Below are positions 53,132 to 64,000 of a stretch of DNA of 64,000 bases, piece after piece. Source of the DNA: Botryllus schlosseri (Eukaryota); contig CM119371.1 in the NCBI GenBank assembly GCA_051294905.1, positions 14,262,001 to 14,326,000 on the forward strand, written 5' to 3'. The notes beneath the pieces are model-generated. The model was not told the origin of the DNA and did not search any database. It was given only the letters and a program-made list of their open reading frames with translations. The translations under genes and the position numbers were made by a program. Each line of letters begins with the position of its first letter. Within the stretch, counting starts at the first letter, position 1.

Positions 53132-54738
53132 TGCGACGTGGTGACTAAAGTATTATTGATTATTAGAATCTTTTATTATAAATCTATTATTAATCTATAA
53201 TCTATCGCCAATGAAAAAACCGTCCAGGTTGACCCAGCAATAATTTTTGACTCGAAACTCGGATGGGCGGTGGTCGTGCATCCGTTATCAAATTACTTTC
53301 GAGGCGATGCAGTTGGCCGCCTACAATCCCTTGTGGTATTGGATTTTGGGGAAGTCCTTGATTTCAGATGTTTATTGCGTCACCATTGCGTACAAAAGTA
53401 ATAGTAATGGGTATATATCTAAACATAATATAATTAGCATGTATTGGGGCCGTCAACATGCAATTTGAATTAACGAATTGACTCTAAAAGTTGTGAGGGA
53501 TACGTATTTAATTTGGAAATGTTCCTAGCCCTGTACGCGATACAGTGCGACTTGATTTTTCGATTATAATGTAGTGTCCTTGCAATCCGAGCCCCAAAGT
53601 ATACAGATCCGAACCACAGTGGAATATGATATGCCCCATAAAGAAATTCCAATTTGGAATCGTGGACGTCTCATAAAATATTTTGCACGTACAGTTGGGC
53701 GATACTAATAGTTCAGGGGTGACCAACCTTTTCGCTATTCACGGCCGCATTTCAACTACTCATGTAGTCTACGGCCGCATTCCAGCGCATAGTTGTAATG
53801 AACTAGATATGTTAAACTGTCCATGTCCAGTCCATTCCCGGCGAACACCGGACTAATCTATTTCTTGACCTCGTCTTACATACGCACCGAAATCGATAGT
53901 GGTCATGGCATGGGCTTGGTTATGGTCGCGCGAAGCGCGAAATCATTTCCAGACTCACTAATAAATGTCTTCGTCATTCATATTAGTAGTTTGACATATT
54001 ACTATCGTTCATTTATCCTTTCTCAGCCCATGTGATCAGATTCACCGTCAGTGTTGATGGAGGGGGGATTTCGGAAATTTAGGGAAAGATATAAATGATG
54101 ATGCATCTTCCGGTGGGCCAATTATTATGAGTCACTTTGTTGCATGCTGTTATTTCTGGACCTACCATCAGGATTGTTGGTATAGTGAGGATCCTAGTTG
54201 CCATTTCGATATGCGCCGCATCATTTTCATCAGCTGTTCGCATCTGTAGTGCAGGGCTCAGGTTGCAAAGGGCGTTACACTATTGAAATCGAAAAATAAA
54301 GCGATATTGAATCGCTCGCAGCGCGAAGAAAATTTCAAGATTAATTGAAATCTCTCAAGAACTCGGGAGTCAATTCGTAAATTTAAATTGCATGTCAACG
54401 GCTGTTTTGACGTATCATGTTTTAGATAATCAGTTTGGATGTTTTAGTGGTTCAGTTTATTTCAACTGTCCTTTATTTGCATTCCGTTATTCTCCTCGAC
54501 AACTCTATAGCAGACGGAAGCCGACACCTGACAAAGCGCCACTCATTCATTTCAGTGCCGCGTCGGAACAATTCGCAAGACGCCCAGTAAAGCCGATATC
54601 TTCGAGACGCTCTTCGATTCAGGCGCCGCATATGGTATTAGTCTATATTCAAGGCTCTGCTGTCCTTTACGAAGATCGATTGACTCTGCTTTGCACTGAA
54701 TCTGCTACATTTATATAGTTGTTACATTCAATAGAACG

Positions 54739-55612
54739 ATGTCGTTTGTGAAGTCTCCATCGGATTCCCGCAAGTCTTCAATCCTAGCATCGACTGGGAA
54801 GTCATTAGCTAAGATGACGGTCGACGATTTACGATCCGTATAACAAGAACTTGGTGAAGCTTCAAGTGGAAGCAAAGCTGTATTAAAAAGAATCCGTGAT
54901 TCCGACAAACCCCCACAAAAGAATGAACCAACGTCCTCTTCATTGAGCACCACCGAGAGTCCATCTGAACTGGTTGCGCTTTTTCAGATGATGAAGCAAT
55001 GGCGAGATTTCGACAGAGGTGGTCAAAGTAGTCACCGTCGCTACTCAAGTAGAAGTAGAAGTAACGACAGAATTTCTACTCAAGTAGAAGTAAAAGTGGT
55101 GGTTCACAAGTAAGTATGTAAGTAGGTATTCTACGCCTATTTTTGCCTACAAAACTGAAAACTGTCAAGTAGAAGTAGAAGTAGTCTAAAATCATACCTA
55201 CTTAAAAAGTAGTGTGAGTAGGCAAAATCTACTTCAAGTACTTCAAAAAGTAGAAGTACTTCGTTACTGACCAACTCTGGATTTCGATCGTCAGCAGCAG
55301 CAATTAGATCGTGAAGCTGATCGCTAGCAGCAGCAATTAGATCGTGAAGCTGATCGCTAGCAGCAGCAATTAGATCGTGAAGGTGCCGACCGCAGGTTTG
55401 AACTGCAGCTAGAAGAGCCCAAACGGAAGCAGGCCCAAGATCGTGAAGAATCCGAAAGACTATTCACGATGAAGCTGGAAGAAACTCGCCAGAAGTCGTT
55501 AGAAGACCGACGCGACTTGGGCAAATTCGAATTCCTAAAAGACGCTGTCAAGAAGTCCGACAACCATCCATCCGCACCCAGAGACCCAGTCAATAAAAGT
55601 GTGTACATTTAA
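54739..55612 (+). pseudogene. decayed SAP-domain plus coiled-coil ORF, probably a retrotransposon gag remnant
   Basis: Removing the MITE restores one frame: LAKMTVDDLRSV*QELGEASSGSKAVLKRI (SAP-like), then an R/E/Q-rich coiled coil. Three in-frame stops. Confidence 0.65.
55014..55279. mobile_element. hAT MITE of the AAGTAG/TACTT-rich family (many degraded copies, e.g. ~1560-1750, 3630-4250, 11700-11960, 19880-20150, 23680-23995, 57290-57463)
   Basis: TIR CAGAG(G/T)TGGTCA, TSD GATTTCGA. Interrupts a gag-like ORF. Confidence 0.9.
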
Positions 55613-55769
55613 TGCTGAACTAGGCGAAGAAAGTACAGGAGAGAAGAGAACCATTTTGACACTACAGCGAGGCGGCCACTCTGATGTACAAAAACTGATC
55701 GCTCTCGATTTCAGAATATTGATTGTTCTCCTTTCCATCGGTCGACCAGAGAGATTGCTGTCAGCATAG

Positions 55770-56196
55770 CAGAGATGAGCGGAGTTGAAATTTCTATGTC
55801 CTAATCCAATCCAAATCCGAACCTTCAAATCCAAATCCAAATCCTAATCCATAACTTTTTCATAATCATGTCCATGTCCAATCCTAATCCGATTCCAACC
55901 GGAAATTCAGAAAAAATACTAATTTATGCAATGGTGGGATTCGAAAATTTTCTTTCACAACCAACAATTCACTTGATTCAAGATAACTTAGTAACCATAA
56001 TTACATTAATAACTGATCTGAATAAAGTTTGTCGCCCTTCGCCACACGACATTTCAATCTCCCAGAAAATCGGTGAATCCAATCCAAATCCTAATCCGTT
56101 CTGAAAAAAATGTCTAATCCAAATCCAATCCAAATCCGACAAAATTCCACAAATCCTGTTTTTTCAAAACCTAATCCTAATCCATGCTCATCTCTG
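55770..56196. mobile_element. MITE with AATCC subterminal repeats
   Basis: TIR CAGAGATGAGC/GCTCATCTCTG; no clear TSD. Confidence 0.75.
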
Positions 56197-56299
56197 GTGT
56201 GGACACTCGAAAAATCACGTAACCGTCACGCCCTGATACCTTTTATGACTTTGTTATTGTCGATGCGTCTGCAGCACTAATTAAAGGCAGAGTCGCTTT

Positions 56300-56815
56300 T
56301 GGTCTTTGTTGATTTTGACTGTGTTTCAAATCGAGTTGGGTGACAGGATTTAGTGTGGTATATTTTGATGCTGTCATCTAGCACTGTACCAAGTTTCAAG
56401 GCTGTGACTCAATGATTAGCGTAGTATTTCACTGTCTAAGTCGAGTATCTTGTAGATGAGCGCGCACCGATATATTGCCGACTTTGATAACGGAATTAGC
56501 ATGCTAATCATTGAGTGAAAATCCTGAAACTTACGGCGAAGTTAGATAACACAACCAAGATATACCATACCGAATTTCGTCATCCATCTCGGTATGGAAC
56601 ACTTTCAAAATTTACATATACCAATATCACATTTTGCGAAAATTCCTTTATGCGGTAGGCTCAAAGCCAAATCAGCGCGACGCAGACACTGGATACTCTA
56701 CTTTGATAACATAGTTACTACTGTAATTATCAAGTCACAGCCTTGAAACTTGGTACAGAGTTAGATTCCGTCATCAAGGTATATAATACGAAATTTTGTT
56801 ATCCATTTTATGTTG
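56300..56815. repeat. ~200-bp unit family (CCTTGAAACTTGGTACAG core) in divergent orientation
   Basis: One minus-strand unit and two plus-strand units, similar to the subrepeats inside 16825-18714. Confidence 0.7.
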
Positions 56816-58181
56816 TGATTGTCAGGTTTCCATGAAAATGTAATTAAGATCGTAATTGAGCAAAATTTTGATCAAATTACAATTACAATTACACAAAATA
56901 GAAATTATTCAATTACAACTACAATTACAATTACAATTACATGAAAAATGTAATTAATTACATTCAGCTCAATTACTAATTACAATTGATCCAACTCTGC
57001 ATGGGATATGATCAACCCATCTATTTTATCTGTCTGCTACGTATGTGACTGAATTTACAATCATGGATGTTCGTTACAACGGTTGACTGCAGTGGGTACT
57101 GCTAAGTATTCTGGTAGTTTGCAGGTGCCGTATTCCAAAAAACTTACAGCCACTGTGCTAGTGTGCCGCGAACTATTTGTCATTTCCAAAGGGTGTCGCG
57201 AGGTCAAAAAGGTTGAGAACCACTGCTCTAGACCTTCCGCATAGCGCCATTTGCAGCTTCTGACAGTCCATGCGAACGACTTACGATCGTTTTCACAACT
57301 ACTTACTTACTTGAGTAGATTTGAAGTCAGTGAATTCTACTTCTACTTCAAGTAGTTTTAGGTTGCTTATGAAAGAAGTACTTCTACTCGTACTTGAATA
57401 GATATTTCCACCGCTACTGCTACTTTTACTTGAGTAGCTTTCTTGACTACTTTGACCACCTCTGGAAATCATTCACAATTGGCCTCTGAATGAAGTTAAC
57501 GTGCCACACAGTGAATAGGCTGCTGATTGTAGCTCCGCGTTGCTTGGTCTTGTTCTTCCCGCCGAGGCACAGACTTGTTTGATAAACCAGATTTCGTCTG
57601 CGTTTCAATTCAAGAGCAGGAATAGTTGTATTAAACTTGTCCTGGAAAGAAGATCTCCCTGTGTCTCTACTAAAATCAATATGTCGCTTTATGCATTTTA
57701 TATGGATGTCTGTCTGCATGTGAGCGGTATCTTGTATGCATGCTCGTGGTGGATTTTATTATAACTAATACTATAATGCAATATATTGTCATATTGTGAT
57801 GTATTACAACATAAGGATCAGTATGTTGCCTATTCCAGAAAGCAACAATGATTAAGGTAGAAATAGGGGCAATAGCGGTTGTAAGTTGCAGTAGTGAGAG
57901 GGTCAATGGACGGCAACAACGGGGTAATGAGTCTGCGGCAGAAGTGCGAAAACTGTTTCTTTTGAAGCATCATTTTGACATCGTATGCGCATGATGCGCC
58001 GGGTGATCGCATCCCATTTTGTTGGCTGGGTAGTGCACAGTGCACACTCTTCGTGGATGATTCAGCGATGCTACTGTCTACTTATTGCCACAACCCAAAA
58101 GTATTGTTAATTAATATTTGCCTATCCGACTGACTACAATAAAATACGCAAGGCGTCCATACACACCTGTAATCCTCATAC

Positions 58182-58359
58182 CTTTGATGTCATAATACGG
58201 GTGAATTTGACCAAAGCATACAGGTTGTCAGCGATAATCTTCTTTAGCTTCTTCGGATCCTGGATATCTAATGGGTGGTATTTTGGAGCTTCCAAGCCCT
58301 GCTCCATTTCATTCAAATTCTCCAGGAGGCGAAAGTCTCGGATCAGCCGCATCCTAAAT
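58182..58359 (-). pseudogene. duplicate CatSper2 exon 2 (open, splice sites intact)
   Basis: 8 differences in 178 nt versus 33398-33575 (5 non-synonymous, 3 synonymous). No duplicate of exon 3 onward was seen. Confidence 0.85.
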
Positions 58360-58987
58360 CTGTGATCACATTTATAAACGCCTGGGGCTGTTTTACAGTG
58401 AAACCTGTTGCACAAACACGGCCGTGGAATATTTATAACTAATTGAATTATGTGATGCTTTGCTCGATCGCTCAAAGCAGACGAGATGTACTTTGATCAG
58501 GATGGTTATATGATACTTGAATAGAGAAATCTGTTGTTATAGGAACCCTGGATTTCGGCATTCTAAAATCCTTTTTATTTCGGCAATGTTCAGTGTGTCG
58601 TTACCGATCGCATCATGAACGAGCTATAGACTGAGTTTGCAGATGACCAGGCTTACAACATTTCCATGAAATACAGCAACGCAACAGCTTAGCATTCATA
58701 TCATCATTACTGGATTGAAGTTGGTTAACTGTACTTAATGACAATGCTGCGCAATTGCCTACGTGTAGGATTTGTCTGAATACGTAAAATAAGCGCCAAC
58801 AATGTAATTCAGACAAGTGGTTCACAACCTTTATTGGTACCGTAGTACGTACGGAGTCGAATGAGGTTTTATAGCGATGTTTTTAAAGCATGTGCCTACG
58901 AATAGTAACCCCAACAAGAAATAACACAAAACAATTTAATATGTCCATGACTTGATGTTGTAATCACTTATTCAAATGCATGCACAT

Positions 58988-60592
58988 TAGGGTTGTCCAT
59001 AATTTGGAAAATCTCAAAAAAGATGCGTATCCATGGCTCATTCTGTAGACTATTGATAAAAAACGTCAATGAACCTGCAATAAGCTCATAGGAAAGTCGT
59101 TAACATTTGTCTAAATGTGTTTGAAAGTAGCTGCCGTAGAGTGGGCGTGTTAGCGACCATAGAACGGCGAGAAGACTAGTAATCACGAAATCACGTCTCT
59201 TGATTGGTTAATCAGCTATGCTTGAATAATCACGACCACAGCGGATTGCTGATTATGTGCTTCTACTAGTTCAAGAAGTTCGCTAACGGCAATGATTCTG
59301 TAAGCGCATTGTACGTTGGTGAGTTAATAATAAAATGAGACATCTGGTCATTGAATGTTTTAGTGTTAAAACTAGGTACCGATTGGTTTAGAGCAACAAT
59401 AGCCTCTTGCATGCATGACGGAAGTGAAACAGCGAATGATTGTGAACGTATAGAACTAAGTATGGATCCCAGAAATACCTATCTGATATGCTTGAGATTA
59501 CGCCAAGTGGTCCTGCTCTTCTGGGTGCAGGTAAGGCATATTAGACATCGCCAAACTGGTGCAGCACACCATGTGAGATGAATTCTGGACAAAATCCTGT
59601 ATGCTCAGAAGATATGTGGCTCGACCAGGTAGCTTACATTGAATTTCTGAAGAAGAATGTAACTACCACACCGCTTCAATACATCCTTTTTATCTCCATG
59701 TCTGGTTTAATTCAAGCATTAGTCGTGATGCAGCCGGTATTGATCTAAGATTCATTAAGGACATGCTAAGCAATGCAAGCAAACTGTCTTTTTGCTGGTC
59801 CCACCAGCATAGTCTGTGCTCATCTTTAGACCTCTTTGCACGGCATCATTGAGGACTTTGACAGCACTTGCGGGTATGATTCATTATGCTGCAATAATCT
59901 GACAAGTGCCAAGCATAAATGACAGATTTCATCCAGCCCTTACAGCATTCAAGACTTCAATTATATACCACGACAACAGCCTAATAAGATCAGACAAAGT
60001 AGTGGCAATCTCAAGCTTTATATTTGTATTCAATGATGGTACATCCCCTCTGAAACTAGAAATTCGTTTGCCACTTGCATAAGCGTCTTTGCAATATTTT
60101 TCTGCTTGCTTTTGTGCTTTCCATCAATGAAATCAAGGCATACAGGCTACAACGGTTACCTTCACAATAAGCCATCCAGTCATGTATTTAAAGATATTGT
60201 GAAGCAGCTGTTCTTTGTTCATCATGTATTTCGTAACTCAACATGTTTTGAATTAATCATTATTTGCGGACCAAACCACAATGCGCTTACAGAATCACCG
60301 CCGTTAGCCGACTCCTTGACCAGCTGATCAACAAGCCGCCAACGTCGTGATCATTGAAGCATAACAGATTAGCCAATCAAACGCCGTGATTTCGTGATTA
60401 CCAGTTTGCTTGCCGTTCTATGGTCGCTGACACGCCCACTCTACGGCAGCTACTTTCAAACGCATTTAGACAAATGTTAACGACTTTCCCGTGAGCTTAT
60501 TGCAGGTTCATTGACGTTTTTAATCAATAATCTATAGAATGAGACATGGATACGCATAAATTTTGAGATTTTCCAAATTATGGACAACCCTA
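58988..60592 (-). mobile_element. hAT (hATm-like) element with long TIRs and decayed transposase
   Basis: TAGGGTTGTCC termini, ~225-bp TIRs (imperfectly ~325 bp), TSD ATGCACAT. Minus-strand remnants AVRAGWMKSVIYA and VKVLNDAVQRGLKMSTDY. Empty site at ~34207-34214. Confidence 0.9.
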
Positions 60593-61120
60593 ATGCACAT
60601 TCGCACGTGGCCTCCTTCAGATTTTACATCGTTTATTTTAGCATTGACTGACGCAGATTGGCGAGTGCTATCCATTGAAGCATACAGCACATATGAATCA
60701 TTACCACAACGTAACGTTATCTCTTTGTGTGATAGTTCTTTAGTCTTCATACATACATATGCTAATGCGGCGGAGAATATATACGCGGAGTGTACTGTTG
60801 GATTTCTTGTGATTTCTACGAGACTATTAGCCATTATTTCCACGTGGCAAAATGGTATGGGTAGGCTTATGTGTATGGGCATAGTGAGTCATCAGTAGAA
60901 CTGAAGAAATATCCCGTTATGTGGCGCTAGCATTCTATAAAGTCTGCAGAAACTTCTTCACGGTTTTCAAAAGTGCGCTTGAGCGGCTTATACCTAACCA
61001 ATATCCATTATTTTAGCAACGATATACAGGAATTGACAAGAAATATTCATAGAAGTAAACTACAACTGTGGGATTTTCAGGGGTCAATGATATTCTCAAG
61101 AAACGAAGTCCGGTAATCAC

Positions 61121-61176
61121 CGCTCAGCGTTGGGGGATAGAACATCCACCGTCTTATGTTCTTGGTTGCTTTTCAT
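61121..61176 (-). pseudogene. duplicate CatSper2 exon 1 (identical coding sequence, donor GTGATT)
   Basis: 56/56 identical to 36423-36478. Confidence 0.85.
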
Positions 61177-61711
61177 TGTGATATGTTTCCAAGAGTATTA
61201 TTTCAACCCATCGGCAACCAATATCCAACAAGGTTTACTCCAGAATAATTATAGCCTTCCACTTGAAACTATAATGAACATGCAAACGATATCAAGTTAT
61301 TGTCGAGACGGCGATGCTCACCGCACATGGTAGCCCGTCGAAAATCACGTGCTGCAATGAATTTGAGAGACAACTTCGATATCAGCTGTTTATTACGTAA
61401 AATATAATGTCAAATAAATCGGCGAATGGTCAAGTAGGGCAAGTTTTTGCAACTTTCTTTACAAGTTCCTGCAGCTTCCTGAATTTATCATTCCTTACAA
61501 CATTACAAAGCAGTTGTGGTACAATGCTATACCGTCCATTTGTTTTCAGTGCCGCGCCCCGCAATCGTCCATTTCATGTCCTGCGCCCACTTTGGAAATC
61601 ACCGTATTAGAACAACAGTTCTATATATCCCTGAGTTCTCATTGCAAATTAACATTCGGCAAAATCTGTCATATCACGAACTTTTTTTGTCGCGCTAGGC
61701 GCGAAATATGT

Positions 61712-62071
61712 GTCGACGATGTTTGTAACATGTTTTCATGTGTTCAGTGGTTTATTATAATTCACATTGAATTGATTGCGCGTACAATTAGATCGCCAAC
61801 TCCCCGTTAAAATACTTCCATCCCTCTTCCTCGGGTTATTTCCCACAAAATTTTCGAACTAGGTATTTTATCACGCAGCGAACAGCGTGTCTAAATCGAT
61901 GAAAGAGACACTGTAGTACTTTTAAGACTGAGAGCCCTTTGTACATTAAAGATGCTTTGAAGCTTTTTGGTGAAAAGGATTTCCTAAATATAATTTTTAT
62001 TTGAGAACTTTGAGAATTTGAACATTCAGAATATTACTCTATCGTAACATAGGGGATGATACAGTTTAGTG
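61712..62071 (+). repeat. diverged copy of 40720-41071
   Basis: Shared CTTCCTCGGGTTATTT, GCAGCGAACAGCGT and GATTTCCTAAATATAATTTTTATTTGAGA. Confidence 0.9.
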
Positions 62072-62241
62072 CAGTGCTTTTCAACCTGTGTGACGGTTCG
62101 CACTGGTGCGAATGAAAAAAATTGCGGTGCGAATGACGAAGGTGGTGCGAATAGTGCGAATGAAAATCTGGGTCAAGTGCGAATGACGAAGGTGGTGCGA
62201 ATGGTGCGAATGAAAATCCGGATCAAGTGCGAATGAAAATC
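62072..62241 (+). mobile_element. hAT-like element end with GTGCGAAT subterminal array
   Basis: Starts CAGTGCTTTTCAACC; an opposite-end-like sequence GTGCGAATGAAA...GGTTGAAAGCACTG lies at ~37369-37402. Confidence 0.7.
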
Positions 62242-62627
62242 GTGATTAATTGTTAACTTTTCTGACGAGGAATAATTCAAATAAACGTAATAGAAAATTT
62301 AGAAACTGTGTAACTTTTGTAGTTGCGACGCAATTGTAAAAACTTAATACGACGCACCACTAATCATAGCTCTTACAAGCCGTAGTGAATTAATATTCCC
62401 ACACTATAATTATTACGTCACCAAAAGTCTGGTTTGGAAGCTGGTGTAGTGGCAGTATAGAGATCTCTACAGTCTCTATAGGGGCAGGCATACAGTATAT
62501 CAGCCCATGATCCTGCGACAGGTTCGAGAAATGATGTCAAATTGACTTTCTGCTTTCTTTCGCTAAACAATCATCATATTTTCGTAATGGCAGTTCGATT
62601 AGCGCGAGGTACGAGGATAGTAGTAAA

Positions 62628-63158
62628 TAGGGCTGGGCACAATGATTCGAGTACTCGAATCTGAATCGAGTATTAATTTTAATGATTCGAGTCGAGTAGT
62701 AAAATACGATTTTTTCGAGTACTGAAATTATACGCTCCTCGCCACTGAAAGTTGATTTATCAACGACGAGTATATCAACGATCAACGAGTTTATACTAAT
62801 TTCACTGTTGAAGCCTTGAAACCTTGATTGGCCGTATCGTAGCATACGAAACATGAAGTACAAAGCTACGAACGTTACTGGAAATAGCACATTTCCGCAG
62901 TCATGATCATCCCACAATATTGTCACTAAGTGCAATGAATTCGGTATGGTCGAAAAAAATGCCAAAGTATATCCTTAATATGATGGATAACAAGTATTAT
63001 ATTCTTTATGGTCGCTTAAAAGGTACATATTTGAACTTTGACAAATAAGATTCTGCTATGATGTCATAATGAGTGATACTCGATTACTCGACTCGACTCG
63101 AAGCATTTTACGTGATTCAGAATCGCATCACTCAGATACTCGATTTTGCCCAGCCCTC
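62628..63158 (-). mobile_element. hAT MITE, same family as 11159-11656
   Basis: TIR TAGGGCTGGGC, TSD GTAGTAAA/TTAGTAAA. Confidence 0.9.
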
Positions 63159-63432
63159 TTAGTAAATACCATCATTACAGCGACTCACATTCGCAAGTTT
63201 ACTGTAACGTAAATTTTTACCCCTTCATGATTATTTAAGTAGGGACCGTAAAGGGTATAATTTTGGGTCGACACGGTGCCAGAGCTATCTGTTAATATGT
63301 ATGTAATATTTATTGAATTTATTGCAAAAAAACCTGCGATCCTTTTTACATATTCAAGGTCACTGTGTTGGGTACTGTAGCCAATAAGCGAGACGTGCAC
63401 CAAATATGGCATATGGCATGGATTTCATGATC

Positions 63433-64000
63433 AGATTTGTCCGACTGTTTTTTCTGGAAATCATGGTCGAAGACTGTTGGTATGAACTAGTTTAGGGGTG
63501 TGCAACGATCGAGTTCAGGCCTTTGAGACTCATTCATTTCGAGGCCAACCCCTTCTGCGTTGGGGCACATGAAGAAGTAAAGCTTTGGCGAATAAACCGC
63601 TGATAAAATGCGGTGCCAAAAACATGAGCGGCGACAAAACCTTGGTCTAAAATGACCGATTCTGGATGGTCAAACCTTTCGAGATGGATTGGATATGCTC
63701 CGTTGTCGGCACGGAATAGTCCCGTTCTTGCTATGTGAGTAGACAGCATAGTACAACTGTGATACGCAGATGAATTTAATTCGCACTAATTTGTAATCGC
63801 GTACGTCAGACATGTGTTGTAGAGCTGTGTTGGTTAGAATTGTGATGTGCGCGTTCTCTATGTCATACATGCCCGTAACATCGTAGCATACAACTGTAAT
63901 ATTAAATATAAATTCCTCTTCATGGGTGAGGCTCGGGTTGCGATATGCCAGAAAAACTCAGATTTGGTGGTAGTCTAAAAGCTGGTTTACCGTTATTAAA
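63433..64000 (-). repeat. unidentified dispersed family (paralogues 36790-37085 in the same orientation; ~38930-39300 inverted and more diverged)
   Basis: Shared blocks GACAAAACCTTGGTCT, CTGGATGGTCAAACCTT, TCTGGCATATCGCAACC and TATGACAT.GAGAA.GCGCA. Confidence 0.75.

Larger units (their letters stand above)
58031..61484 (-). repeat. segmental duplicate of the CatSper2 5' region (paralogue of 33233-36783)
   Basis: Colinear, highly similar sequence from TAGTGCACAGTGCACACTCT to GCAGCTTCCTGAAT, apart from different TE insertions. Confidence 0.95.

Noticed and set aside
59730..59822. LCWWDQQK..SIPAAS frame resembling the classic hAT dimerisation domain
   Set aside because: It overlaps and competes with the better-supported VLNDAVQRGLK frame and lacks the SER.FS core; probably chance.
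62095..62241. CRISPR-like short repeats (GTGCGAAT)
   Set aside because: The spacers are themselves repeated, no cas genes are present, the context is eukaryotic, and the array sits at a transposon terminus.

Overview
AT-rich, repeat-dense eukaryotic DNA, most likely from an ascidian (tunicate); the taxon is my inference. (1) A complete 11-exon minus-strand CatSper2 sperm Ca2+ channel gene (36478->223, about 511 aa) can be assembled with GT-AG introns and consistent phases. (2) Its roughly 18-kb intron 8 holds a same-strand, heavily decayed polycystin-1/REJ-like gene (WSC-, REJ-, GPS- and PLAT-like remnants in canonical order), the family of ascidian s-Themis and sea-urchin REJ sperm receptors. 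(3) Upstream on the same strand is a two-exon class A GPCR (about 689 aa) with a signal peptide and a Cys-rich ectodomain I cannot assign to a known domain, plus a duplicated C-terminal tail. (4) The CatSper2 5' end is duplicated about 25 kb upstream with intact exons 1-2, and a third, dead copy of exon 1 exists. Each arm of the duplication carries its own hAT insertion, with the empty site visible in the other arm. (5) CatSper2 introns also contain a tRNA-Arg(TCG) gene and a Penelope-type minimal hammerhead ribozyme inside a 200-bp palindrome. The window also has many hAT MITEs with 8-bp TSDs, a tRNA-derived SINE family and a decayed SAP/coiled-coil gag-like ORF. All homology calls come from motif recall, not database searches.
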